Origin: Scyliorhinus canicula
Lineage: Eukaryota
Assembly (NCBI RefSeq): GCF_902713615.1
Contig: NC_052153.1
Span: 191,317,394 to 191,381,393 of the forward strand
DNA: 64,000 bases
Direction: 5' to 3'
Below are positions 1 to 9,209 of this stretch, piece by piece. Each line of letters opens with the position of its first letter. Within the stretch, counting starts at the first letter, position 1. The notes beneath the pieces were generated by a model. It saw only the letters and a program-made list of their open reading frames with translations, did no database searches and had not been told where the DNA came from. Both the position numbers and the translations under genes were made by a program.

Positions 1-100
1 TTTCAGCAGTTCCTTTACCTGAGGAAGGAGCAGTGCTCAGAAATCTAGTGATTCGAAACAAGCCTGTTGGACTTTAACCTGGTGTTGTAAGACTTCTTAC
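1..100 (+). mobile_element. Probable end of a Penelope-like repeat
   Basis: GAGGAAGGAGCAG..CCTGTTGGACTTTAACCTGGTGTTGTAAGACTTCTTAC resembles shark Penelope-like termini as I recall them; no ORF evidence. Confidence 0.35.
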
Positions 101-432
101 CAGTCTCCAAATAGTAAGAGATAGGGGAGGAAATCTGCAGTAAAATCGTGGCCACGTGGCCATTGTGACATTGGGCACTTTAATTACAGAAATATAGATT
201 GGACTATTCGAGTAAAGGGTAGAGGAAGTAAATGAATTTCTAGAATTTGTTCCGGGAACTCCCTTGATTAACATGCTGTCGGTTCGAATAGAAAGAACGC
301 ATTGCTCCATCTGGTGCTGGGAGATGAAATGGCGCAAGGCTCGTCGGGGGGAATACTTGGGTCAGAGTGATAATCGCATCATGAGGTGTAGATATTCATG
401 GAGAAGGGAAAGGAACAATCAATAGTAAGGGT

Positions 433-1040
433 CTGGATTCTCCGCACCCAGACGCCGAAATCGCGGCTGGCTCCGGGGCGGAGAATCCAGTTTCCCGCAT
501 GAAATTGGGACCTGTTCTCCGATTCCCCTGGCCCGGCCCCGCGCCACAGATCACCTACCTGCGGCCATTGCTGGAGGCCCACCCCACCACTCTGCCGACA
601 ACGTGGATCTAACATGGTCCTGCTGGTCAGGATACTAGTGTGGTGGCTGCGGACTCAGTCCGCGGCCGCCCTGGTCGTGGGCGGGCCAATCGGAGGGCAG
701 GGGGCCTGATATGCGGCCGGGCAATTTATGGGCGGGCGGTCAGGATCGGGCACGCGGCCAATTGGGGGCACTATGTTTAGGGTCCAGCTCCGTGGTCTGA
801 GTCCGCCTTGGAGCACAGCGCGGCTGCTGGAAGCTGCCGCTGTGCGTATGAGCGGCCTCCCACCGGGACGTCTGGGGGCCCGTATCTGCAGCAAAAGCTG
901 CTAGATCTACGCCGGGTCCCTGCTCGAACCCTGCAGGGCGAGGCATATGTGCCCCTTTCACACCAGTTTTTCTGGAGTGAAACTCCACAGTTCATAGGAT
1001 GGCGTGGGGACATAGTCCCAAAAACAGAGAATCCAACCCA
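433..1040. mobile_element. GC-rich non-autonomous MITE-like element with terminal hairpin
   Basis: CTGGATTCTCCGC (433-445) and its perfect reverse complement GCGGAGAATCCAG (478-490); shares GATTCTCC/GGAGAAT motifs with elements at 8325-9195 and 37601-38161. Confidence 0.45.
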
Positions 1041-1064
1041 AGATCTTTGATTTTCCATTTTTAC

Positions 1065-2940
1065 ACAGGACATTGAGATCACTGGCAAGGCCAGCATTTA
1101 TTGCCCATCCCTAATTGCTTCAGAAGGTGGTGGTGAGCCACCTTGCACCACATCAGTTCTTCTGGTGTAGGGACACCCACTGTGCTGTTGCAGGATTTCA
1201 CCCAGTGACAGTGAAGGAACGGCCGATATATTTCCAAGTCAGGGCGGTGAATGACCTGGAGGGGAACCTCCAGGTGGTGGAGTTCCAGGTATCTGCTGCT
1301 CTTGGCTTTTTAAATGGTGGTAGTGGTGGGTTTGGAAGGTGCTGACTAATGAAGTGCTCCTGTGAATTTTGGAGACAGTACACTCGACTGTCACTGTGCT
1401 CAGATGATGGGGGGAGTGGATGTTTCAGCCGGTGAATGGGGTGTCAATCAAGCAGGGCTGCTTTGTCCTAGGTGGTGTTGAGCTTCTGAAGTGTTGGAGC
1501 TGCACTCATCCAGGCAAGTGGAGAGTATTCCATTACACTCCTGACTTGTTCCATAGTCGAAAAGATAGACAGATTTTGGGGAGCCAAGAGGTGAGTTACT
1601 CTCCACAGAACTTCACAGCATTTATATGGGTGGTCATGTTCATTATCTGGTCAATGGTAACCTTGAGCATATTAATATTGGAGAATTCAGTGAAGGTAAC
1701 GACATTGAGTGTCGAGGAGGATGGTTGGATTGTCTCTTGTTTAAGATGGTCATTGCCTGGCACTTGTGTGGTGTGAATGTTACTTGCCACTTATCAGCCC
1801 AAGCCTGGATATTTTCCAGGTCTTGCTGCATTTGGACATTGTGGTAGTCACCACGAGCAGTATTATATGTATTACGGTAAGACACGTATACTAGAGGTAC
1901 ACAGGTAAATCCCTGCCTGCTGGCTCCGCCCAGTAGGCGGAGTATAAATGTGTGTGCTCGCCGGTGCTGCAGCTATTCTGGTTCCAGCTACAGGAGGCAC
2001 AACATCTTTGCTCAATAAAGCCTCGATTATTCCACTACTCCCATCTTTGTGGTAATTGATAGGGCATCAGACATGGCCTGCTTCAATGACTGAGGAGTTG
2101 CAAATGGTGCTGAACATTGGATTGGATTTGTTTATTGTCACATGTATCGCGGTAGAGTGAAAAGTATTGTTCTGCGTGCAGTTCAGACAGATCATTCCGT
2201 ACGTGAAAAGAAAATACATAATAGGGCAAACATAAAATACACAATGCAAATACATAGACCATAGAAAATTGAGCAGTCATCCGCAAACATCCCCACTTCT
2301 CACCTTAGGATGCAGGATGGGCATTGATGAAGCAGCTGAAAATGTTGCAGGTGGTCCTGCTGTGACCCCCTGGGACTCAGACGATTAACCTTCAACATCC
2401 ACAATCATCTTCCTTTGTACTACTCTAATCAATGAAGAGTTTCTCCCCGATTCACATTGACTCCAGTTTAGTTAGGGCTCCTCGACGCCGTACTCGGTCA
2501 AATGCTGCCTGGATGTCAAGGGCAGTCGCTCTCACCTCACCTCGAGTTCAACTCTTTTGTCCATGTTTGAACCAAGGCTGTAATGAGATCAGGAGCTGAA
2601 TGACCCTGGCGGAACCCAAACTGCATCAGTGAGCAGGTTATTGCTGAGTAAGTGCCGCTTGATAGCCCTGTCAACAGCACTTTCCATCACTTTACTGATG
2701 ATGGAGAGTAGACTGATAGGGCAGTAATTGGCTGGGTTGGATTTGACCTGCTCTTTGCGGACAGGCCATACCTGGGCAATTTTCCACATTGTCGGGTAGA
2801 TGCCAGTGTTGTAGCTGTACTGGAACAGCTTGGTTAAGGATGCAGCTAGTTCTGGAGCACGTCCCCAGTATTATTGCTGGAATATTGTCTGGGCCCATAG
2901 CCTTTCCAGTATCTCGTGTCTGCACTGAATTGGCTGAAGA
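1065..2940 (-). mobile_element. Degraded CR1/L2-group LINE (RT and 3' end), interrupted by a solo LTR and a Rex1-type tail
   Basis: Minus-strand RT remnants WKIAQVWPVRK..SNPANYCPISLLSIISKVME, KAMGPDNIPA, DLENIQAWADKWQVTF; many frameshifts. Confidence 0.75.
1840..2069 (+). mobile_element. Gypsy solo LTR, same family as the LTRs of the 39719-58994 element
   Basis: TG..CA termini, TATA (GTATAAAT), AATAAA, 5-bp TSD GACAT (1835-1839 / 2070-2074); shares GCTCCGCCCAGTAGGCGGAGTATAAATGTGTGTGC with the 39719 LTR. Confidence 0.9.
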
Positions 2941-2971
2941 CTGACATCTATGATGTCATCATAGATGACAT

Positions 2972-3288
2972 GGACAGCACGGTAGCACAAGTGGATAGCA
3001 CTGTGGCTTCACAGCACCAGGGTCCCAGGTTCAATTCAATTCCCTGCTGGGTCACTGTGCGGAGTCTGCACGTTCTCCCTTGTCTGTGTGAGATTCCTCC
3101 GGGTACTCCAGTTTCCTTCCACAGTCCAAAGACGTGCAGGTTAGGTGGATTGGCCATGATCAATTGCCCTGGTTAGGAGAGGTTATTGGGTTACGGGGAT
3201 AGGGTGGAAGTGAGGGCTTAAGTGGGTTGGTGCAGACCCGATGGGCCGAATGGCCTCCTTCTGCACTGTATGTTCTATGTTCTATGAT
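2972..3288 (+). mobile_element. HE1-type tRNA-derived V-SINE
   Basis: tRNA-like head, conserved GGGTTTCCTCC..CCACAGTCCAAAGA core, CR1-like tail GGGCCGAATGGCCTCC..(TGTTCTA)n; many near-identical copies in the window. Confidence 0.85.
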
Positions 3289-3735
3289 AAGACTGTAAGA
3301 AATAGGAACAGGAGTCGGCCATTTGGCCCTCGACACTGCTCCGTCATTCAATAGAATCACGGCTGATCTGACATTCTGCACATCCACTTTCCTGCCCTTT
3401 CCCTGTATTGATTTGCTTATTGATCGACGGCTCTCGGTGCTGCAAAGACTCACAACCCTCAAAGGAGAAATTCCTCCTCATCTCAGTCTTCAATTAACAC
3501 CCCTTTATTTTGGGACAATGCCCTCTGGTCCTAGACTCTCCCATGAAGGGAAACATCCTCTCAGCATTTACCCTGTCGAGCTCCTTAATAATCCGCCATG
3601 TTTCAATGAGATCCCTTCTCATTCTTCTAAGTTCCACTGAATAGAGTCCCAACCCGTTTAACCTTTGCTCAACAGGCAATCCCTCCATACTGGAGATCAC
3701 CTTGCTGAACCTTCCCTGAATTGTCTCCAATGAAG
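3289..3735 (-). mobile_element. CR1 LINE 3' fragment
   Basis: RLNGLGLYSVELRRMRRDLIETWRII..ESRTRGH, the CR1 ORF2 C-terminus. Confidence 0.8.
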
Positions 3736-3869
3736 GACTTCCACATTGAAGTCCCCCCACCCAGAGGTCCTCCTGTACCCTTGCCACCCTCAGTACTTCC
3801 TCCAAGTAGTTTTCAACATGAGGGAATAGCGATTCAGGAAGAAAATGGAGGGACAATATGAAATTCTAA

Positions 3870-5610
3870 CATGGTGGCAGGCACAGAGGATCATGCTGTA
3901 TATGTGCAAAAGTCATTGAAGGTGGCCGGACAGGTTGCGAGAACAGTTAATAATGCAGACATCATCCTCGGCTTTATTACGCCAGGGAAGTGTGACTTTA
4001 TTCGCTTTGGTCGCAAAAAAGAGAAAAGTAGAATTCTTTTAAAAAGTGAGGAACTTGCAAGTGTTGATGATCAAAGAGACTTGGGTGCTGTGGTGAACAT
4101 ATTGTACCAACCATTCACCACTGTATCACATTGTACCATGCTGTTGCCCATGTGGTCTCCACCTACGGACCATTGTACCGTACTACTCGGAATGTATCAG
4201 TTGGTGCCCTTGTGGGCTCCGCCCCTGGCTCCGCCCCCTTCAGGGGAAGTATAAAGAGCAGCTGCCCTGTAGGCGGCTCTCACTAGCAGAGCAGTCGCAG
4301 GCAGGCACTGTTCTAGTCGATTAAAGCCACAGTTTACTTCAACTCTGTCTCGCGTGAATTGATGGTCGCATCAGGTGCGTCTCGTACAAAAAACGCAGAA
4401 AGTTAACATACAGGTGCAGCAAGCAATTGGGAAGTTAACATGTCGTGTTGGTCTTTATTGTGAGGGGATTGGAGTACAGGAATAAAGAAGTCTTGCCACA
4501 GTTGTACAGAGTTTTGGTGAGGCCACATCTGGAGTACCGTGTGCAGTTTTGGTCTCCACATTTGAGAAAGGATATAGTTAAGAATGGATATACTTATTCT
4601 TGAACTGGAGGCGGTACAGTGAGGTCTCACGGAAGTGGTCCTTGGAATGCGGGGGTTGTCTGATGAGAGATTGTGTAAATTGGGCCTGTATTCTCTGGAG
4701 CGTAGAAGAATGAGAGGTAATCTGATTGAAACTTACAAGATTCTGAAATGGTTTAATAGGTTGGACGCTGAGAGATTGATTCCACTGGTCAGGGAATCGA
4801 AAACACGGCGGCACAGCCTCAGGTTAAGGGGATGATGATTTAGGAGTGAGATAAGGAGACATTAATTTACTCAAAGGGTTACAAATCTTCGGAATTGTCT
4901 ATCCCAGAGGGTTGTGGATGCCCAATCATTGAATACATTTAAGACTGGGGGAGACAGATTTTTGTCTATGGGAAATGGGTGGGAAAATGGAGTTGCACCC
5001 CAAGATTAGCGATGATCCTATTGAATGGTGGAGCAGGCTCGATGGGCCGAGTGGTCCACCCCAGCTCCTGTTTCTCGTGTTTTCATTAATGGGGGCAGAG
5101 ACTATAGGAGCAAGGAGGTTCTGTTCACCTTTGGCCTTAGATGGAGTATCGTATCCAGTTTTGGGTACCGCACTTTGGGAAGGATGAGAAGTCACTGGGG
5201 AGAAAAGGCTAACGGGAATTGTTGCCCGGATGAATAGTAAGATTGGAGAAGTTGGGACTATTTTCCTTGGACAAGAGAACGTTGAGAGGAGACTTGATAA
5301 ATGTATTCCAAATAATCGTGAGGGGTCTGGACAGAGTCGATATCCCCGCTCGTGAAAGGATCGAGAACCAGAGGGCATAGATTTAAAGTAATTTGCGAAA
5401 GGAGAAAAGAACGACGTGAGGGGAAAACTCTCTCCCACAGCGAGTGGTTAAGGTCTGGAATGCGCTTCGATGGGGACATGGCCAGTCAAAACTTTCAAGC
5501 AGGAAGCAGGCTGATATCTGAAAAGGGGTGAAGCTGGGATCATGGCACTCAGGGAATCGCTCATTCAGAGAGCCATGGGCAGACACGATGGGCCGAATGG
5601 CCTCCTCTGG
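3870..5610 (+). mobile_element. Several degraded CR1 3' fragments
   Basis: VRPHLEY.VQFWSPH and LGLYSLERRRMRGNLIETYKI motifs; CR1-type 3' ends near 5070 and 5600. Confidence 0.75.
4089..4373 (+). mobile_element. Solo LTR (related Gypsy-type family) inserted in CR1
   Basis: TGTGG..GCATCA termini, GTATAAA, ATTAAA, 5-bp TSD GGTGC (4084-4088 / 4374-4378). Confidence 0.85.
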
Positions 5611-5621
5611 CGCTATCTCCA

Positions 5622-5975
5622 AGGGCAGCACGGTAGCATTGTGGATAGCACAATCGCTTCACAGCTCCAGGGTCCCAGGTTCGATTCCGGCTTGGGGCAC
5701 TGTCTGTGTGGAGTCTGCACATCCTCCCCGTGTGTGCGTGGGTTTCCTCCGGGTGCTCCGGTTTCCTCCCACAGTCCAAAGATGTGCGGGTTAGGTGGAT
5801 TGGCCGTGCTAAATTGCCCTTAGTGTCCAAAATTGCCCTTAGTGTTGGGTGGGGTTACTGGGTTATGGGGATAGGGTGGAGGTGTTAACCTTGGGTAGGG
5901 TGCTCTTTCCAGGAGCCGGTGCAGACTCGATGGGCCGAATGGCCTCCTTCTGAAATGTAAATTCTCTGGATCTAT
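5622..5975 (+). mobile_element. HE1-type V-SINE
   Basis: Full-length match to the other SINE copies in the window. Confidence 0.85.
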
Positions 5976-6098
5976 GATAACAAATCTGTGAAATGTTAAC
6001 TTTTGGTGACGACATGACAGCTTGTGAAAGCAAAATGCGTGTGACGGGCAAAGCAATTATCAAAGTGACCTCAGCACTTCAGCATTCCGTGCAGTTCT

Positions 6099-6322
6099 TT
6101 TATTTTAAATATAAATTTAGAGTATAAATTTAAATGTCCAATTAAGGGACAATTTAGCGTGGCCAATCTACCGACCTGCGCATCTTTTTGGATTGTGGGG
6201 GTGAGGCCCACGCAGACATGGGGAGAATGTGTCAACTCTAGCGGACAGTGACCCGGGATCGAACCTGGGTCCTCAGCACCGTGAGGCAGCGGTGCTAACC
6301 ACTACGCCACCATGCCGCCCGA
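6099..6322 (-). mobile_element. Short HE1-related SINE with 16-bp TSD
   Basis: TSD CATTCCGTGCAGTTCT at 6083-6098 and 6323-6338; tRNA B-box-like GGTTCGATCCC on minus. Confidence 0.85.
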
Positions 6323-6608
6323 CATTCCGTGCAGTTCTAACATGTAATACATATGATACTGTCTAGATTTTGCTCGCGTGTGCTGATAACCTTTCTACAT
6401 CTCTATTTACTCTCCCCCTCCCCGTCCCACTCTCTCCATCCCACCCTCCCCTCTCCTTCCCCTGGTCAGGTATAAAGCCATGGGCAACACGGTTTGGGGG
6501 TGGCCATGGGAAGCTTTACTGTTGTGCTCGGGAACTGGGTCAAAACCTTTTATTTAACTCTTGAGTTGGCGTTGGCCCCTCCACTTCCACTGGCACCAAC
6601 TAACAGCC

Positions 6609-7105
6609 CTCTCCTCACACTGGGCTGGGGAGAAAGGGGACGCAGTGGCACTGTCACCCTCTCCTCACACCGGGCTGGGGAGAAAGGGGACGCAGTGGCA
6701 CTGTCACCCTCTCCTCACACCGGGCTGGGGAGAAAGGGGACGCAGTGGCACTGTCACCCTCTCCTCACACCGGGCTGGGGAGAAAGGGGACGCAGTGGCA
6801 CTGTCACCCTCTCCTCACACCGGGCTGGGGAGAAAGGGGACGCTGTGGCACTGTCACCCTCTCCTCACACCGGGCTGGGGAGAAAGGGGACGCAGTGGCA
6901 CTGTCACCCTCTCCTCACACCGGGCTGGGGAGAAAGGGGACGCAGTGGCACTGTCACCCTCTCCTCACACCGGGCTGGGGAGAAAGGGGACGCAGTGGCA
7001 CTGTCACCCTCTCCTCACACCGGGCTGGGGAGAAAGGGGACGCTGTGGCACTGTCACCCTCTCCTCACACCGGGCTGGGGAGAAAGGGGACGCTGTGGCA
7101 CTGTC
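6609..7105. repeat. Minisatellite, 10 x 50 bp
   Basis: Unit CTCCTCACACCGGGCTGGGGAGAAAGGGGACGC(A/T)GTGGCACTGTCACCCT, starting every 50 bp from 6611 to 7061. Confidence 0.97.
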
Positions 7106-7385
7106 GCTGGACTAGAAATCCAGAAACCCAGAGTCATGCTCTGGGGTCCAGGTTTCAAATCCCGCCATGGCAGATGGTCAAATCAACAAGAAGTCTAACG
7201 ATGACCATGAAACCATTGTTGATTGTCGTAAAAACCCATCTGGTTCACTAATGCCCTTTAGGGAAGGGAAGCTATTGTCCACAGAGGTGTGATCTGGCCG
7301 ACAGTGTGATTGACTCTTAAATGCCTTCAGGGATGACCAATAAATGCTGACCCAGCCAGCGATGCCCACAACACACGAATAAATG
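7095..7385 (+). mobile_element. tRNA-derived SINE, second family
   Basis: Head with B-box-like GGTTTCAAATCCC; body CTAATGCCCTTTAGGGAAG..GACTCTTAA..AAATGCTGACCCAGCCA is shared with 60656-60810. Confidence 0.6.
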
Positions 7386-7579
7386 ATAAAAGAGGCAATG
7401 GGCAACTGGGACTTCGGCTGCTGCCAGATTGACAAGCTTCTTGGCCAATCAGCGCTGTGGAAGAGGTGGCCCAGTCTCCAAAGCAGCCAATCAGCTTTGG
7501 TAATGATTGGGATCAGGCAGAAGCTTTTCCTGGATTGCATACATCTCTGTTTTAAATCATTTTAAACATCGATACTCAC

Positions 7580-7975
7580 CATTCACTGTCAGATTGGTTC
7601 CTTGCCGTACTTGAAATGTGTCGATGTTGAGCTCCACACGGCAGTGATAAACTTTGCTGTCCGCCCGGCTCAGTCGCTCCATCATTATTGAGGCATCATT
7701 GTTGCTGAGATTGCCCACGAATCGGATTCGGCTCCCAGCATCCCGCTGCTTCCCACTCTCACACGGTTCACCCTGTGAAGGGTCTGTACCAGGATATGTA
7801 CATCGGAAAGTTATTTCACGATTCCCTGGGTCAGAGGTGAACCACATCACGGAGCCGGTGATGCTCCGATTAGTGGGTGGGGGGTGGGTGAAACGACACG
7901 GCAGGACAGCCGTTCCCCCCTCCCCCACACTCACACCATCCGCCACGGTCATTGTCCAACGATTCAGTGAAAGCC
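7580..7975 (-). CDS. SIGLEC15: Gene A exon 2: Siglec-15-like Ig V-set domain (396 bp, phase 1-1), essential Arg intact
   Basis: Translation WTMTV..AVLPCRFTHP..VMW..FRC..C..RIRFVGNLSNNDASIMMERLSRADSKVYHCRVE..GTNLTV matches the Siglec-15 V-set pattern as I recall it (PCTFTHP, FRC..C extra Cys pair, YFCRVE). Polypyrimidine-CAG acceptor at 7976-7977 and G|GTGAGT donor at 7579-7578. Orthology versus paralogy is not established. Confidence 0.8.
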
Positions 7976-9209
7976 CTGTGCAGAGAGAGAGAGAGAGAAT
8001 ATTAACACAGCACAGGGACAGACATCAGTTAGGCCTGAATAACATTCAGGCTTGGGCTGAAAAGTGGTACGTTCAATTCATTGCATAGAAGTGCCATCCA
8101 ATAACCATCTCCAACAAGATAGGTCAATAAACAGGGGTCATAAGAACATAAGAACCAGGAGCAGGAGTCGGCCACCTGGCCCCTCGAGCCTGCTCCGCCA
8201 TTCAATGAGATCATGGCTGATCTTTCGTGGACTCAGCTCCACTTTCCAGCCCGAACACCATAACCCTTTATTCCTTTATCCTTAAAAAAATTGGATGGAA
8301 TTCCCCCCCCCCCCTCACGCCGGGTGGGAGAATCGCCGGGGCACCGCGCGGGTCCCGCCACCCCGCCCTGGCACGCGCACGGGATTCCTCCCCCCCCCCC
8401 CCCCCCCCCCCAAACAGGTGCTGCAAGATTCACGGCTGGTCGCTGGGAGAATCGCCGCTCGCCGTTTGTAATGTGCGGCGGGAACAGCGCGGGAACGCTG
8501 GGGGGGGGGGGGTGGTCTGTGGGGGGGGAGGAGGGGGGTTCTTGCAAGGGGGGGAGCCTCAAAAGGGGTCTGGCCCGCGATCCGTGCCCTCCAATCGGCG
8601 GGCCGGCCTCTCTGAAGGAGGAACTCCTTTCCTCCGCCGCCCCGGTAGATCCATCCGACATCTTCTTGCGGGGCGGCGGAGGAAAGGAGTTCCTCCTTCA
8701 GAGAGGCCGGCCCGCCGACGGGCCAGACCCCGTTTGAGGACCCGCCCCGGTGCAAGAACCCCCCTCCTCCTCCCACAGGCCGCCCCTCCCCCCCTCCCAC
8801 GTTCCCGCGCTGTTCCCGCCGGCAGCGACCAGGTGTGGACGGCGCCGGCGGGAACCTGTCATGTTGGGGCGGCCGCTCGGCCCATCCGGGCCGGAGAATT
8901 GCCGCGCGTGCGCGGGTAACTTCATTTACGTGGCGCCGGCTGTGTCATTTACGCTCCTAGCCCCCTGGTGGTGGGAGAATAGGGGGCTGGGAGCGGCCTC
9001 CGACGCCGGAGAGAACTCCGGGACACTTAGGGCGAGATTCTCCGCAAATGCGGAGAATTGTAAAGGCTGCCGTGGGACAGGCCGTGACCCACGGCGGCCT
9101 TCACGCCCACTTCCGGGGCCGATTCTCCCCCCCGGGCGGGGCTAGGAGCGCGGCCCCGTGTGTCACAGCGGCGCGGCCTTGACGATGGTCGTCAAGACCG
9201 CACGTCAAG

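Noticed and set aside
6609-7105. 50-bp repeat array as CRISPR, and its 168-234 aa ORFs as genes
   Set aside because: Units are contiguous with no unique spacers, there are no cas genes and the context is eukaryotic; the ORFs are open in all frames only because the unit lacks stops.
1-7579. C2-set, transmembrane or tail exon of gene A
   Set aside because: No Ig C2 or TM pattern with splice sites was found in the short non-repeat stretches (5976-6080, 6338-6608); these exons are probably outside the window. The same holds for gene B in 61380-64000.
8227-9145. Long Pro/Gly/Arg-rich ORFs on both strands
   Set aside because: They arise from GC-rich MITE sequence and homopolymers; no domain signature.
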